From a virus: a DNA stretch of 64,000 bases. The notes under the pieces are model-generated. The model worked only from the letters and a program-made list of their open reading frames with translations. It searched no databases and was not told where the DNA came from. The position numbers and the translations under genes were made by a program. The stretch is from IMG/VR virus record IMGVR_UViG_3300030109_005647, positions 74,596 through 138,595 of that record; one strand, given 5' to 3'. Position 1 is the first letter of the stretch. Each line of letters opens with the position of its first letter. Of the stretch, positions 31,547 to 40,870 are shown piece after piece.

Positions 31547-31780
31547 TTATAGCGTGTCGGGTTGATCGGTAATGACATCCCAATCTGTTGACGACGTTGT
31601 GTTGTCATTAAGTTTCACTAGCGGCGGATTTAAAACAACTAATCCTTCTGGTGAGCTTGTCATCTTAAAATTCTCCAACATTGGAACAATATCAGATTGC
31701 TCCATTAGAGATTTTTGCAGTGCCATCATTAGCGCACCAATAGCTTGTTTTGATAAATTTGTATGTTTTACTTCAGTCAT
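31547..31780 (-). CDS. Hypothetical protein
   Basis: 77 aa ORF with AGGAG SD, in operon. Confidence 0.55.
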   Translation of the reverse strand: MTEVKHTNLSKQAIGALMMALQKSLMEQSDIVPMLENFKMTSSPEGLVVLNPPLVKLNDNTTSSTDWDVITDQPDTL

Positions 31781-31789
31781 GTTTACTCC

Positions 31790-32629
31790 TTATTCTTCAC
31801 TAACTGCGCGACCTTTAAGCTGTTCCCAGTCTTTTTCTGGTCTTACTTCTAAATTTTTATTCCAAACCGATTTTAACACTGCAGGGTTCATACCTGCTGA
31901 TTCAGCAAAACTGATCAAAGCGTTGATATCTTTTGGAAAACACGAGCCTCCAAATCCAAATTTGCCATCAGGACCAGGGGAGCTAAAATGTGTTTTACCT
32001 ATTCTTTGGTCGTAAAGACCATACTCTACTACTTTATCATAGTCTACGTTTATTTTTTCACATACTTGTCTAATTTCATTAGAAAAACTAACCTTTGTAG
32101 CCAGAAAACAATTAGTAAAGTATTTTACCATCTCTGCTGTGTTTGATCCTGTTTTGATTATGGATGCCGTAGGATAACACTTTCTATAAAGATTCTTAAC
32201 TTTTGTAGTTCCAGGTCTTGGACCACCAATTATAACTCTATTTTGATTTTTAAAATCATTAATAAAATTAGCCTCGGTTAAGAACTCTGGATTAAATAAC
32301 ACTTGTAAATTGTTACATTCTTTGTTAAATTTTTCAGTTGTTCCTGGTAAAACTGTAGATTTTATAACTGCAATGTTGTCGTTGCCAAAAGAGTCTAGCT
32401 TGTAAACCGTTTCAGAGACGATAGATAAGTCACAGTCTCCACTTTTTCTCATCGGAGTGGGAAGGCAAACAAAAATAATCTCTGCCCTCTGGCTTAATTG
32501 TTCAAGAGAATCACAGGTTGATTGTTTAAATTTATCATAAGTTTCAATCTGAACAAAGTCCTTAAAGCCTTCTCTTATGGCAGTTCCAACAAAACCTTGT
32601 CCTACCACTCCAATCGTATTATTTTTCAT
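31790..32629 (-). CDS. ugd: UDP-glucose/GDP-mannose 6-dehydrogenase family (short form)
   Basis: GVVGQGFVG, CLPTP, IKSTVLPGTT, FNPEFLTE, AEMVKY..N.FLA.KVSF.NE, GFGGSCFPKD with catalytic Cys. Confidence 0.92.
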   Translation of the reverse strand: MKNNTIGVVGQGFVGTAIREGFKDFVQIETYDKFKQSTCDSLEQLSQRAEIIFVCLPTPMRKSGDCDLSIVSETVYKLDSFGNDNIAVIKSTVLPGTTEKFNKECNNLQVLFNPEFLTEANFINDFKNQNRVIIGGPRPGTTKVKNLYRKCYPTASIIKTGSNTAEMVKYFTNCFLATKVSFSNEIRQVCEKINVDYDKVVEYGLYDQRIGKTHFSSPGPDGKFGFGGSCFPKDINALISFAESAGMNPAVLKSVWNKNLEVRPEKDWEQLKGRAVSEE

Positions 32630-33482
32630 TTTTCAACCTCTCAAAGCACTTATTTATTCCTTCTTTAATTGCAACTGATGTTTGCCAGCCAAGTTGTTTT
32701 ATTTTATCAGTCTTAGCACACGTAAATAAAACATCTCCCTTTCTCTTTCCAACATAATCGAACCTAACACTTGGTAGGTTTTTTTGTACTATTTCTTTAA
32801 TTTCATTTAAAGAAATATTTGTCCCGGTGCCAATGTCGTAATGCTCGCCATTAAAATCACCCTTTCTTGTCATCGCAAAAATGTTTGCACGCACAGCATC
32901 AGAGACATGAAGCATGTCTCTACACTGATCTCCCTCTCCTGTGATATACGGATTTACGCCCTTTCTTATACTGTCCATCCAGTTGGCAATTGCAGTGCAA
33001 TAAGGACCGTCTACAGTCTGATCTTCCGAGTATACATTAAAATATCTAAGAGATACTGTATCTAAATCATATAAATCTGAATATAGTTTGCATTCCATCT
33101 CGGATACTAATTTTTGTAAAGCATAGGGACTCGTAGGTCCATTACCATTACCCACAACAGAAGAAGAGCTAGAATAGATAACCCTTTTTGCTCCAACTTG
33201 TTTAGCAAAATCTAAAACACAGCTTGTGCATAAAACATTATTTTCCATCGTTATAACAGGGTTTTCTACACTATAAGCAACGCGTGGGAAACAAGCTAAA
33301 TGAAAAACATATTCTGGTTTGAAATTATAGTAATGAGGGTGAAATTTATCCTTGAGGTCTTTTTTTATGTCATGACCTTCTACCAGATCGATACCTAATA
33401 CCTCGTGACCCGCTTCTTCTAGCGCTTTAACGAGATGGCTTCCTATGTATCCGCGATGACCAGTAACCAAACATCTACTCAT
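32619..33482 (-). CDS. NAD-dependent nucleotide-sugar epimerase/dehydratase (extended SDR)
   Basis: LVTGHRGYIGSHL, SSSS, YALQK (YxxxK), LRYFNVY, RDMLHVSD. Confidence 0.92.
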   Translation of the reverse strand: MSRCLVTGHRGYIGSHLVKALEEAGHEVLGIDLVEGHDIKKDLKDKFHPHYYNFKPEYVFHLACFPRVAYSVENPVITMENNVLCTSCVLDFAKQVGAKRVIYSSSSSVVGNGNGPTSPYALQKLVSEMECKLYSDLYDLDTVSLRYFNVYSEDQTVDGPYCTAIANWMDSIRKGVNPYITGEGDQCRDMLHVSDAVRANIFAMTRKGDFNGEHYDIGTGTNISLNEIKEIVQKNLPSVRFDYVGKRKGDVLFTCAKTDKIKQLGWQTSVAIKEGINKCFERLKNEK

Positions 33483-33500
33483 TTAACTCTCCGTGTTTCT

Positions 33501-33511
33501 TAAATATTATA
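33501..33511 (-). promoter_or_regulatory. Overlapping TATAAT and TATTTA candidate promoter elements
   Basis: Minus strand reads GTATAATATTTAAG, 18 nt upstream of the epimerase ATG; GGAG SD follows. Confidence 0.45.
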
Positions 33512-33530
33512 CATCATCTCATTTAATAAT

Positions 33531-34355
33531 TTAATTAATTTTAAATTGATGTGGCTTATCCCAAAAACCTTTAGCTTCGACCATTCTCTCTTCTTCGTAC
33601 ACCAGCTTCTTATTCAAAACATACTCTTCAAAATTTATTATTGGATAAACATCTAGCTTTGTTTTTTTAGATGCATTAAAAAATTTAACGCTTTTGTCTT
33701 TTTCTAAAAACTTTTTATATGCAAGAGAATGTATATTTCTCATCTGATTATTTGCTTTGTATACTTTATTTTCTGGTATATCAGCCCTATAAGATTTATC
33801 AAAGTGGTTAGGATCGCTGGTTGAGCCTCTATCTGCCGTCCAGCCTAAATCGGCGCCTACAAAAATAATTTCATTAAAGCCCATATAATAAGATAACTGT
33901 AGTGCTAAACTTATAGTAGTTGCGCTCTTGTCAATCCTGTCAACAACATTGGTTGAAAAGCAGCTTTCTAGAATATTTCCAGATGTATCCGGCTTGTTTT
34001 CTGACATAGAATCAAACCATTTTATTTGTGGATATTTATTTTTAGGATCGATAGTTGGTTTAAAGATTCGTGCTATAAAGGATGTTGTTTTTGGATCAGA
34101 CGCGGACCTTCTTACTGATTCTGTCCAAGCAGAACCCCACACTGGGTTTCTAACATTAGTAGAAGAAAATAAATAATAAGTTGGTTTCCATTTTGGATTC
34201 TTATCATAAATAAGAGAAATTCTATTCATAGCTATTGTTGTTTCATTTTTTAACAAATCTAAATTAGTTTCAGCTAGACTTGGACCATTTGCTATGATAA
34301 AAACCCTCTGTGCAGTGTGCCTGTCTTTAAATTGTTCAAATACTGTATTTTTCAT
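33531..34355 (-). CDS. DUF115 / Maf-like (motility accessory factor / MptE-like) putative CMP-sugar transferase
   Basis: VFIIANGPSL, TIAMNRI, LQLSYYMGFNEIIFVGADL, NHFDKSY motifs. Confidence 0.75.
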   Translation of the reverse strand: MKNTVFEQFKDRHTAQRVFIIANGPSLAETNLDLLKNETTIAMNRISLIYDKNPKWKPTYYLFSSTNVRNPVWGSAWTESVRRSASDPKTTSFIARIFKPTIDPKNKYPQIKWFDSMSENKPDTSGNILESCFSTNVVDRIDKSATTISLALQLSYYMGFNEIIFVGADLGWTADRGSTSDPNHFDKSYRADIPENKVYKANNQMRNIHSLAYKKFLEKDKSVKFFNASKKTKLDVYPIINFEEYVLNKKLVYEEERMVEAKGFWDKPHQFKIN

Positions 34356-34356
34356 T

Positions 34357-35052
34357 TTAACTTTCCTCTGTGAACAACATTACTGTTCTTTTATAGTTTA
34401 AACCACTTTTTCTATCCTCATAAGTGTGATAACCGTTTATCCCATTTTTTTTCATTCTATCGATTACATACTTTTTTGTTGGCGTATAATGCAATCCGTT
34501 CCACTCATTAGATTTAGAATTGCCACCATGGTATTTGTATGTTGATTCTTCACTATCTAAAGTTTTAAATTCTAATATTATGTTTTTGCCTATTGCAGCT
34601 AGCTTATCTAAACAAGCATCCATATTTGGTACACGATGTATTAAACCCAAACCAAGAACTATATCAAATTTATTCTTTTCGTCTAATTTGTATAAGTCAA
34701 ACACTTCAAATTTAGTGTTTTCAAGACCATAAACATCTTTAGCAAAATTTGCTCTTTCTATTCTTGTATGATCGGGGTCGATGCCGTAAACCTTTGACAT
34801 TTCTTTTTTCGCTGACATTATAGAAAAATATCCGTCACTGCATCCTACATCAATCATTGTCTTTCCTTTTGGAGATAGGCTTTCTACAATTGGATCTAAT
34901 CTTTTCCATTTGTTTGTATTGAACCCAGGGCTGTTCACTTTATTGCTGACGGTTTTTATTCCCCCTGGAAACTCGTATAAATGATTCCAAGATTTTTCTA
35001 ATTTAAATTTTTTTACTTTTTCTTTTATTTCTTCCTTTGTGTATTTAGACAT
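34357..35052 (-). CDS. Class I SAM-dependent methyltransferase (DUF1698/CmoB-like)
   Basis: MIDVGCSDGYFS motif I, VYGIDP, FDIVLGLGLIHR. Confidence 0.85.
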   Translation of the reverse strand: MSKYTKEEIKEKVKKFKLEKSWNHLYEFPGGIKTVSNKVNSPGFNTNKWKRLDPIVESLSPKGKTMIDVGCSDGYFSIMSAKKEMSKVYGIDPDHTRIERANFAKDVYGLENTKFEVFDLYKLDEKNKFDIVLGLGLIHRVPNMDACLDKLAAIGKNIILEFKTLDSEESTYKYHGGNSKSNEWNGLHYTPTKKYVIDRMKKNGINGYHTYEDRKSGLNYKRTVMLFTEES

Positions 35053-35758
35053 TTAAATAAACCTCCATAATTTTTTGTGCCTCGGCAGATGTTAGAAATC
35101 CACTTCTGACGGACGCCCAAGACGATGCATCTTTACTATCGTATACTTCCAAAAAGTCACTCTTTTCTCTACCTTGTAACTCTCTTGGTTTTGCAAATTT
35201 TACGCTCTCATAAGATACAGGTAACTCTTGATCTGGAAACAAAGCAAAGAACACAGAAGTGCGATGATTACCACTAACAATATAAAATTTTTTTAAATTA
35301 TTTTTTTTAATAAAGTATCCAGTGATATTTCCTTGTTTGCGATCAGGAAATTGTTTTGGACTATATCCGTTTTCTCTAAAAGAATCAATTAGTTGCTTTA
35401 TCTTTAAAACTTGTTTATAAACAAAATCTTCTGTTTCAAAGCTTATAAACGCAATATCAGTCATTGTTTTTAAGGGTTTTTTGTAAATCCAAGGTAAAAA
35501 TGGATTAGTCACTGTATAATTTTTCAGTTTATCAACCGCATTGTATAAACTATAAATTGAATCTGGAGAATATGAAATGTAATGTTTATACAGTGGGCTT
35601 TCCTTGTAATAAGAAGCGGCATTAAACTTAGTTTCTGCGCTCTCCATATCGATAATTTGTTTTGCTGTTCTATAACAGGGGTTTTTTTCAACACCGATCG
35701 GTATTCTACTTAAATTACAAACATCGGATTTTTTTATTTTAATTAATTGACTATTCAT
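35045..35758 (-). CDS. Hypothetical protein with ParB/Srx-like motif
   Basis: LIDSFRENGY...YIVSGNHR resembles the ParB/Srx L..SI...G...IxDGxHR core. Confidence 0.5.
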   Translation of the reverse strand: MNSQLIKIKKSDVCNLSRIPIGVEKNPCYRTAKQIIDMESAETKFNAASYYKESPLYKHYISYSPDSIYSLYNAVDKLKNYTVTNPFLPWIYKKPLKTMTDIAFISFETEDFVYKQVLKIKQLIDSFRENGYSPKQFPDRKQGNITGYFIKKNNLKKFYIVSGNHRTSVFFALFPDQELPVSYESVKFAKPRELQGREKSDFLEVYDSKDASSWASVRSGFLTSAEAQKIMEVYLNV

Positions 35759-35762
35759 TTTT

Positions 35763-36827
35763 TTATTTTAGATAACTACTAAGCTTGTCATTTCTTTTTA
35801 TAGAAATTGCGGCGCAAGATGGATATGGATTAGTGGCAGCAAAATCATTAATTATAATCCTCTTACTATGATTACAATTAGAAATAATTGTCTTGTATGT
35901 TATACCTTTTTCTTTTAAGTATTCTTTAACCACGCTTAAGTATTTTTCTGGTCGAGCCGTCATAAATATAATTTCGTTTCCTGTATCTGACAAGCGTTTT
36001 AAGATTTCAACATTTTCTTCTATAGGTTTGAAGTAGTTGGACCAGTTCCTAGAGCCATATTTGCCACAATTTTCCAGTATAACACCGTCTATATCAAAAA
36101 CATATGTATTATGTTTTTCCATTTCTTTGTACCACTCATTTGCAGTTCCCCAATCTACATAACGATCAGCTTCAACATATTCAAAAATATGAGAATTACA
36201 AATTATCAAATAAGATATGACATGGCTGACGTATATTTCATTTTCATGCTTATATACATCACTGGAACATATATTTTCATATGCTCGAACAAAATCTATT
36301 GAGTCAACACAATATACACCCAAGCAAATTATGTTAGATACCATCTCTTTTTCTAGAATATCAACAATAACATCATCATCGTTTTTAATGATAAAACTCT
36401 TTTGTTGCAATCTATCCACCTGTACATTGTGATCTATAGTTAAACCTACAATGTGATCTTTTTCTGGTAGGTAATTTATTTCGACTACGCAGTCAGAGTC
36501 TTTTATTGTTAGCTGTCCAGATAGATTTGCCTGCTGAATGGTCTTATAAACCGTTTCAGCAGAGCAAGTGGTAGGCTTTTCTAGTATTATAATCTCAACC
36601 GTATCCCCAAAAGCCTGATTTAGAATAATATCTGCTTCATAAACATCACAGTGTTCTCTCAAAACCGTAATTATTGTTTTCTCATATCTTTGATAATTCG
36701 AAGAGGTCAAAACCTTTTCAATCATTAAATGTCCAGATGGATGTGTAAGCAACCATTTTGGTTTCATGTTGGGATACCTGCTTGACTTACCAGCGGCAGG
36801 AATAAGTAGGGTTTTTTGTTTTAACAT
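35763..36827 (-). CDS. Sugar nucleotidyltransferase-like + HAD phosphatase fusion (BcbE/BcbF-like)
   Basis: LIPAAGKSSRYP..KPKWLL, DSD, DWGT; C-terminal VFDIDGV, FMTAR, IIIND; likely start MLKQ at 36827. Confidence 0.8.
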   Translation of the reverse strand: MLKQKTLLIPAAGKSSRYPNMKPKWLLTHPSGHLMIEKVLTSSNYQRYEKTIITVLREHCDVYEADIILNQAFGDTVEIIILEKPTTCSAETVYKTIQQANLSGQLTIKDSDCVVEINYLPEKDHIVGLTIDHNVQVDRLQQKSFIIKNDDDVIVDILEKEMVSNIICLGVYCVDSIDFVRAYENICSSDVYKHENEIYVSHVISYLIICNSHIFEYVEADRYVDWGTANEWYKEMEKHNTYVFDIDGVILENCGKYGSRNWSNYFKPIEENVEILKRLSDTGNEIIFMTARPEKYLSVVKEYLKEKGITYKTIISNCNHSKRIIINDFAATNPYPSCAAISIKRNDKLSSYLK

Positions 36828-36828
36828 T

Positions 36829-37626
36829 TTATGGTATACCAAATATCTTACCAAGATATTGTAATCTATTTTGTAAGTATTTTAAAGTTGTTCCATTTGA
36901 ATATGGAATAATTCTAAGTAGATTTAAGACTAAAAGTCTTTTTGAAGCTTCAATCTCTTCAAAGGACATTTCTTGTAGCATCTTGTCATACAAATGTATT
37001 GTCTTTATTAAAGGCTTGTCCATGTTATGACGCCATGACCAATCTAAGACGACATCTTGCATTATTTTTGAATAGTCAACATACTTTGTCTGTATAAAAG
37101 AGTCAAGAAAATCAATGAAATATATTTTATTTCTATAGATTAATATATTTTCAAAAGTAAGATCGCCATGATTTTGCGATACCGGCGTTTTTGACCAGTC
37201 ATGCTCTTTACAATAACTATAATATTTATTTGTATAAGAGGGTAGTCGAGAAGTTAATGAACTTAACTTCTTGTTTATTAGGGGTGTTATATCTTTAGTG
37301 TTGTCAACTTTTTCTTGTAGATACTTGTAGATTTTATCAAAAATAGGCATTATGTTATTTATGCTGCTCAAGGATACATAGTTGTGCATCGGTGCGCCGC
37401 GAATAAATTCCATATCGAAATAAAAAAGATTGTTAGTATAGCCTGATTTGTAAACAATTGGCGTGTGGAAATCACTATGATTAAACGATTGTTGCTTTTC
37501 CATCTGTTTGAATAAACGAGAATTGTATTCCTGAGAGGAAGATACTTTTCGAATAAACTTTTTTCCGGCTTCCTCTTGAAGATAAATGTGGCATCCAGAG
37601 TGCCCGTTCATTTTTTTTATTATCAT
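36829..37626 (-). CDS. APH/choline-kinase-like phosphotransferase (sugar kinase)
   Basis: GHSGC, IRK, FDMEFI, HGDLTFENIL, YFIDF motifs. Confidence 0.85.
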   Translation of the reverse strand: MIIKKMNGHSGCHIYLQEEAGKKFIRKVSSSQEYNSRLFKQMEKQQSFNHSDFHTPIVYKSGYTNNLFYFDMEFIRGAPMHNYVSLSSINNIMPIFDKIYKYLQEKVDNTKDITPLINKKLSSLTSRLPSYTNKYYSYCKEHDWSKTPVSQNHGDLTFENILIYRNKIYFIDFLDSFIQTKYVDYSKIMQDVVLDWSWRHNMDKPLIKTIHLYDKMLQEMSFEEIEASKRLLVLNLLRIIPYSNGTTLKYLQNRLQYLGKIFGIP

Positions 37627-37643
37627 CTGTGCCTTGTTTGATG

Positions 37644-38573
37644 CTATCTTCCTTGCGGTCTGTCATAATTAAGATAATTCAACGAATTTAGATCTAAATC
37701 TTTTTCAAAATATAGGTACCTTATTGCTGTTTTAACTTTTGATTTCTTAATATCAGGAGGATGGTTTACAATTTCATTACTCCAGTTTTTAATCCAGCCC
37801 TGCTTTTCAGAGGTATGAATAGGATCTCCGTGTTTCCAAGTGCCTTTCCATTTGTTATAGAAATAGTTCCAAGCAGTTTTTTTATATATACCACCTCTAC
37901 TGTTATGCCATATTTTTTGTTGTTCTGCGTCATCGGGCTTTCTTTTTATGATGCTTTCACCCTTTTGTTCTACTGTAACAAAATTACGATCCTCAAAAGA
38001 CTCAATCGGATAATCTGGCTCATGGTTTAATTTAATGCCATGGACTATATCGTTAATAGAAGATTTCTCTTTATTAAAGATCAACGCTCTCAAAAAATAG
38101 TCTGTCTCTTTGTATTGTGCAGGTAAGTTTTCATCCCACATGCCAATTTTTTTGATTGCCTCTGGTCTGTAAGCAGTGACCGTATCTCCACATAGCCCTG
38201 TGACAAAACTATAACCTTTTTTATTAAAAAGTGCATCTAGATTCGAACAAAAATTTGGGTGGACCACGGCATCATTTTGTAGTGTCACTAGTATCTCTGT
38301 ATCTGGATTTTTTAAGTCCACAATGCCATTAATAAAAGCTTGATTATAATTCTCAGATACGTTTCCATTTGACCAATCAGGTCTTAGTACGTTATGAAGA
38401 ACGTTAACTTTTTCTTTAAACTCTGGGTCTAGGTTAAATTCAGAGTGATTGTTTATGATATTAACTTCTGTATTTTTTACAGTTGAAAAGTCAGATTTAA
38501 ACAATTTACGCAGCGTATCATTGAGCACTTCACATCTTTTGTATGTAACAATATAAACTTTTATTTTTTTCAT
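37644..38573 (-). CDS. GT-A fold glycosyltransferase (GT2-like)
   Basis: VYIVTYKR, IINN, LQND, IKKIGMWDEN, ETDYFLR. Confidence 0.75.
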   Translation of the reverse strand: MKKIKVYIVTYKRCEVLNDTLRKLFKSDFSTVKNTEVNIINNHSEFNLDPEFKEKVNVLHNVLRPDWSNGNVSENYNQAFINGIVDLKNPDTEILVTLQNDAVVHPNFCSNLDALFNKKGYSFVTGLCGDTVTAYRPEAIKKIGMWDENLPAQYKETDYFLRALIFNKEKSSINDIVHGIKLNHEPDYPIESFEDRNFVTVEQKGESIIKRKPDDAEQQKIWHNSRGGIYKKTAWNYFYNKWKGTWKHGDPIHTSEKQGWIKNWSNEIVNHPPDIKKSKVKTAIRYLYFEKDLDLNSLNYLNYDRPQGR

Positions 38574-39547
38574 AAAATATTACTATCTTTTAGTTGTTCC
38601 AAACAGCCACTCCAGTCAGAGAAACGAAAAGCTTTGTCGTCAATATAAGCCACCGCTCTAGGCTTTTCAGCAGTAACTTTTGCGACATATTTTGATGCAT
38701 TATGTTTTTCTAGCCACTCCCATATCATTTGCGTTCCAGTTTTTCCATTTACCAAGCCGCGATCAGATTTCGCTTTGCAGGTATAAATAATAACATTATA
38801 TTTTTCAGCCAATGTTGCTAACGCCTCTATCGCTCCGTCAACCGGTGAATCATAAATTGTTCCATCATAATAACCCTTTGAGCATTGGTGGACCACTCCA
38901 TCAAAATCGACACCAATATTTACTTGCTCATCAGGATACGAGTATTCCCTGATTTTAGATCTCCAATGTTTAGCGTTTTTAATATCATCTGGAGAATTTT
39001 TGCCGATAGGAGGGCACACGTTTCCAGATCCATGGGTGAGTTCATATGTCAGCAAAAGAGTTAGCACTTCTGAGGTATGATAATATTCTGCGCCTAAGAT
39101 GACCTGTGTTAAGTTTGGGATCTGTATTTTGATAGGTCTGCTAGTGATCATTGCTATATGCATATTGTTATCACCAGCCCACTGTAGGGCTTTAATAATG
39201 TCAGTTGAGCTTCCAGAAGAAGAAACACCCAAAACCAAAGATTTTTTCATTTGAGTTTTAGTTTTTGTAGTGGTTCTTGCTCTGAGCCAGTCAACCATCC
39301 ACTGTTCAAAACTCGTATCATTAATTAAAGAAGTTGCGACGATAGCAGAGCCAGGGCAAATTGCGTTTTTTGTGCCATTTGACAATCTAGTCATATCTAC
39401 TGCTGCGTGATCCGCAATGGCTAAATTACCGCCATGTCCTAATACATATATATCATTAGACGAATTGAATTTTTTTTGAAGCTCAGTCCAATCGCCTGAA
39501 TTAACGACTTGTACAAATTTTTCTCCAATATTCTCAAAATCAAGCAT
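38570..39547 (-). CDS. SIS sugar-phosphate isomerase (GmhA-like) + HAD phosphatase fusion
   Basis: YVLGHGGN..IADH.A.D, LIND, GVSSSGSS.DIIKAL; C-terminal IGVDFDGV, YIDDKA. Confidence 0.85.
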   Translation of the reverse strand: MLDFENIGEKFVQVVNSGDWTELQKKFNSSNDIYVLGHGGNLAIADHAAVDMTRLSNGTKNAICPGSAIVATSLINDTSFEQWMVDWLRARTTTKTKTQMKKSLVLGVSSSGSSTDIIKALQWAGDNNMHIAMITSRPIKIQIPNLTQVILGAEYYHTSEVLTLLLTYELTHGSGNVCPPIGKNSPDDIKNAKHWRSKIREYSYPDEQVNIGVDFDGVVHQCSKGYYDGTIYDSPVDGAIEALATLAEKYNVIIYTCKAKSDRGLVNGKTGTQMIWEWLEKHNASKYVAKVTAEKPRAVAYIDDKAFRFSDWSGCLEQLKDSNIL

Positions 39548-40220
39548 GTTGTATTTCCTTGTATGTTTCTATTAAAGCTATGGTGTCCATACCCATAGCA
39601 ATTATACCATAACCGGTATACTTTTTAATTTGTTTTTTAACATCTTTTGGTATGTGAACAGCCATTTTTTCTATTGGAATTTGCTTTTTTATCTTTTCTA
39701 CTGCCGACATATATTTGGGATTATCAAAATCCGCAGGACAGCCTAAACTAGCTGAGAGGTCGTAAGGACCAATCATATAGTAATCAAAGCCAGTTATGTC
39801 TTTAATGTTTTTTACGCCGAGCGAAGTTTCTATCTGGGCAATCAATATTGGAGATTCAGAAACAATATCCTTGTTTAGACCCCATCTATTTTGTCTCACC
39901 AAACCCAAGCCTCTTAAACCTCCATATTTTGGGTATTTACACAAACTATGGATCTCTTCAACTTCAGATTTTTGTTCGACTGTGGAAAATATTATACCTG
40001 ATGCTCCTGCGTCCAAACAATATTTTGCCATGAACTTATCTTGTTTACCAAGCCTAACGAAACATTTTTTATTATTTGAAGTTATAACCTGTATACAGCT
40101 ATACAAGGTTTCTTTATTATAACAAGCATGTTCAGTGTCTAGAACAACGCCATCTAGATCATTTTGACAAAGAATATCGGATATAATTGTGGAGGGTATC
40201 TGCTGCCAAGCTAATTTCAT
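39540..40220 (-). CDS. HpcH/HpaI class II pyruvate aldolase
   Basis: VLDTEH, FVRL, LDAGASGI, KYP..G.RG, AQIET..GV.NI, IGPYDLSASLG; likely start MKLAW at 40220 (ATGA overlap). Confidence 0.9.
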   Translation of the reverse strand: MKLAWQQIPSTIISDILCQNDLDGVVLDTEHACYNKETLYSCIQVITSNNKKCFVRLGKQDKFMAKYCLDAGASGIIFSTVEQKSEVEEIHSLCKYPKYGGLRGLGLVRQNRWGLNKDIVSESPILIAQIETSLGVKNIKDITGFDYYMIGPYDLSASLGCPADFDNPKYMSAVEKIKKQIPIEKMAVHIPKDVKKQIKKYTGYGIIAMGMDTIALIETYKEIQHA

Positions 40221-40870
40221 ATGTTCACCATAATATTTGCTAGCTTCCAATCATCTTCTATATCTATATCTAAACTTTCTTTTTGTTCTGTTGTATAGAA
40301 ATATGGTTGAGATCCTATTCTGTTCCCTGTTTTTGTCATTTGACCAGCAAAAAACATATAAAATAAAGAGTTCTCCTCATAATAACAAGGAAGATCTTGA
40401 GTTTGCTCAAGTTTCATTGGATTATGATTTACAGGGCACATTCCATAACCTTCTTTCCTCCACAATCTAGTATGTAAAGCGTTGCATGAAACGACAGAAT
40501 CATAATTACCATCTATTAAAATTCTTTTGGCATCATTTAGTGTATTTACGTTTAAAAATGGAGAAGTTACGTGAACTTGGCATATGATATCATTCTGTTG
40601 ACAATATTTTTTTACAAAATTTGCTATCAAATCGCAAACTGGTGTTTCATCTCCCAAAAGGTGAGACTGTCTAGCATACGCGGTGACATGTTGTAGTTCT
40701 TTATCTGCTGAGACCTGTTCAAGTATTTCTTCACTGTCAGTGTCAACAAAAACTTCAAAACTTTTTAATTTATAGAGTGTGTGTTTATATAATGGTAAAT
40801 CTTTAAATATTCTAAAGTTTTTACCAGGCACACGTTGTGAGTTTTTTTTTATAGGAATAAAAATTTTCAA
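40217..40870 (-). CDS. CMP-ulosonic acid synthetase (NeuA/KdsB-type cytidylyltransferase)
   Basis: IPIKKNSQRVPGKN, VDTDSEEI, HVTSPF, YEENS, SLDIDIEDD. Confidence 0.9.
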   Translation of the reverse strand: MKIFIPIKKNSQRVPGKNFRIFKDLPLYKHTLYKLKSFEVFVDTDSEEILEQVSADKELQHVTAYARQSHLLGDETPVCDLIANFVKKYCQQNDIICQVHVTSPFLNVNTLNDAKRILIDGNYDSVVSCNALHTRLWRKEGYGMCPVNHNPMKLEQTQDLPCYYEENSLFYMFFAGQMTKTGNRIGSQPYFYTTEQKESLDIDIEDDWKLANIMVNI

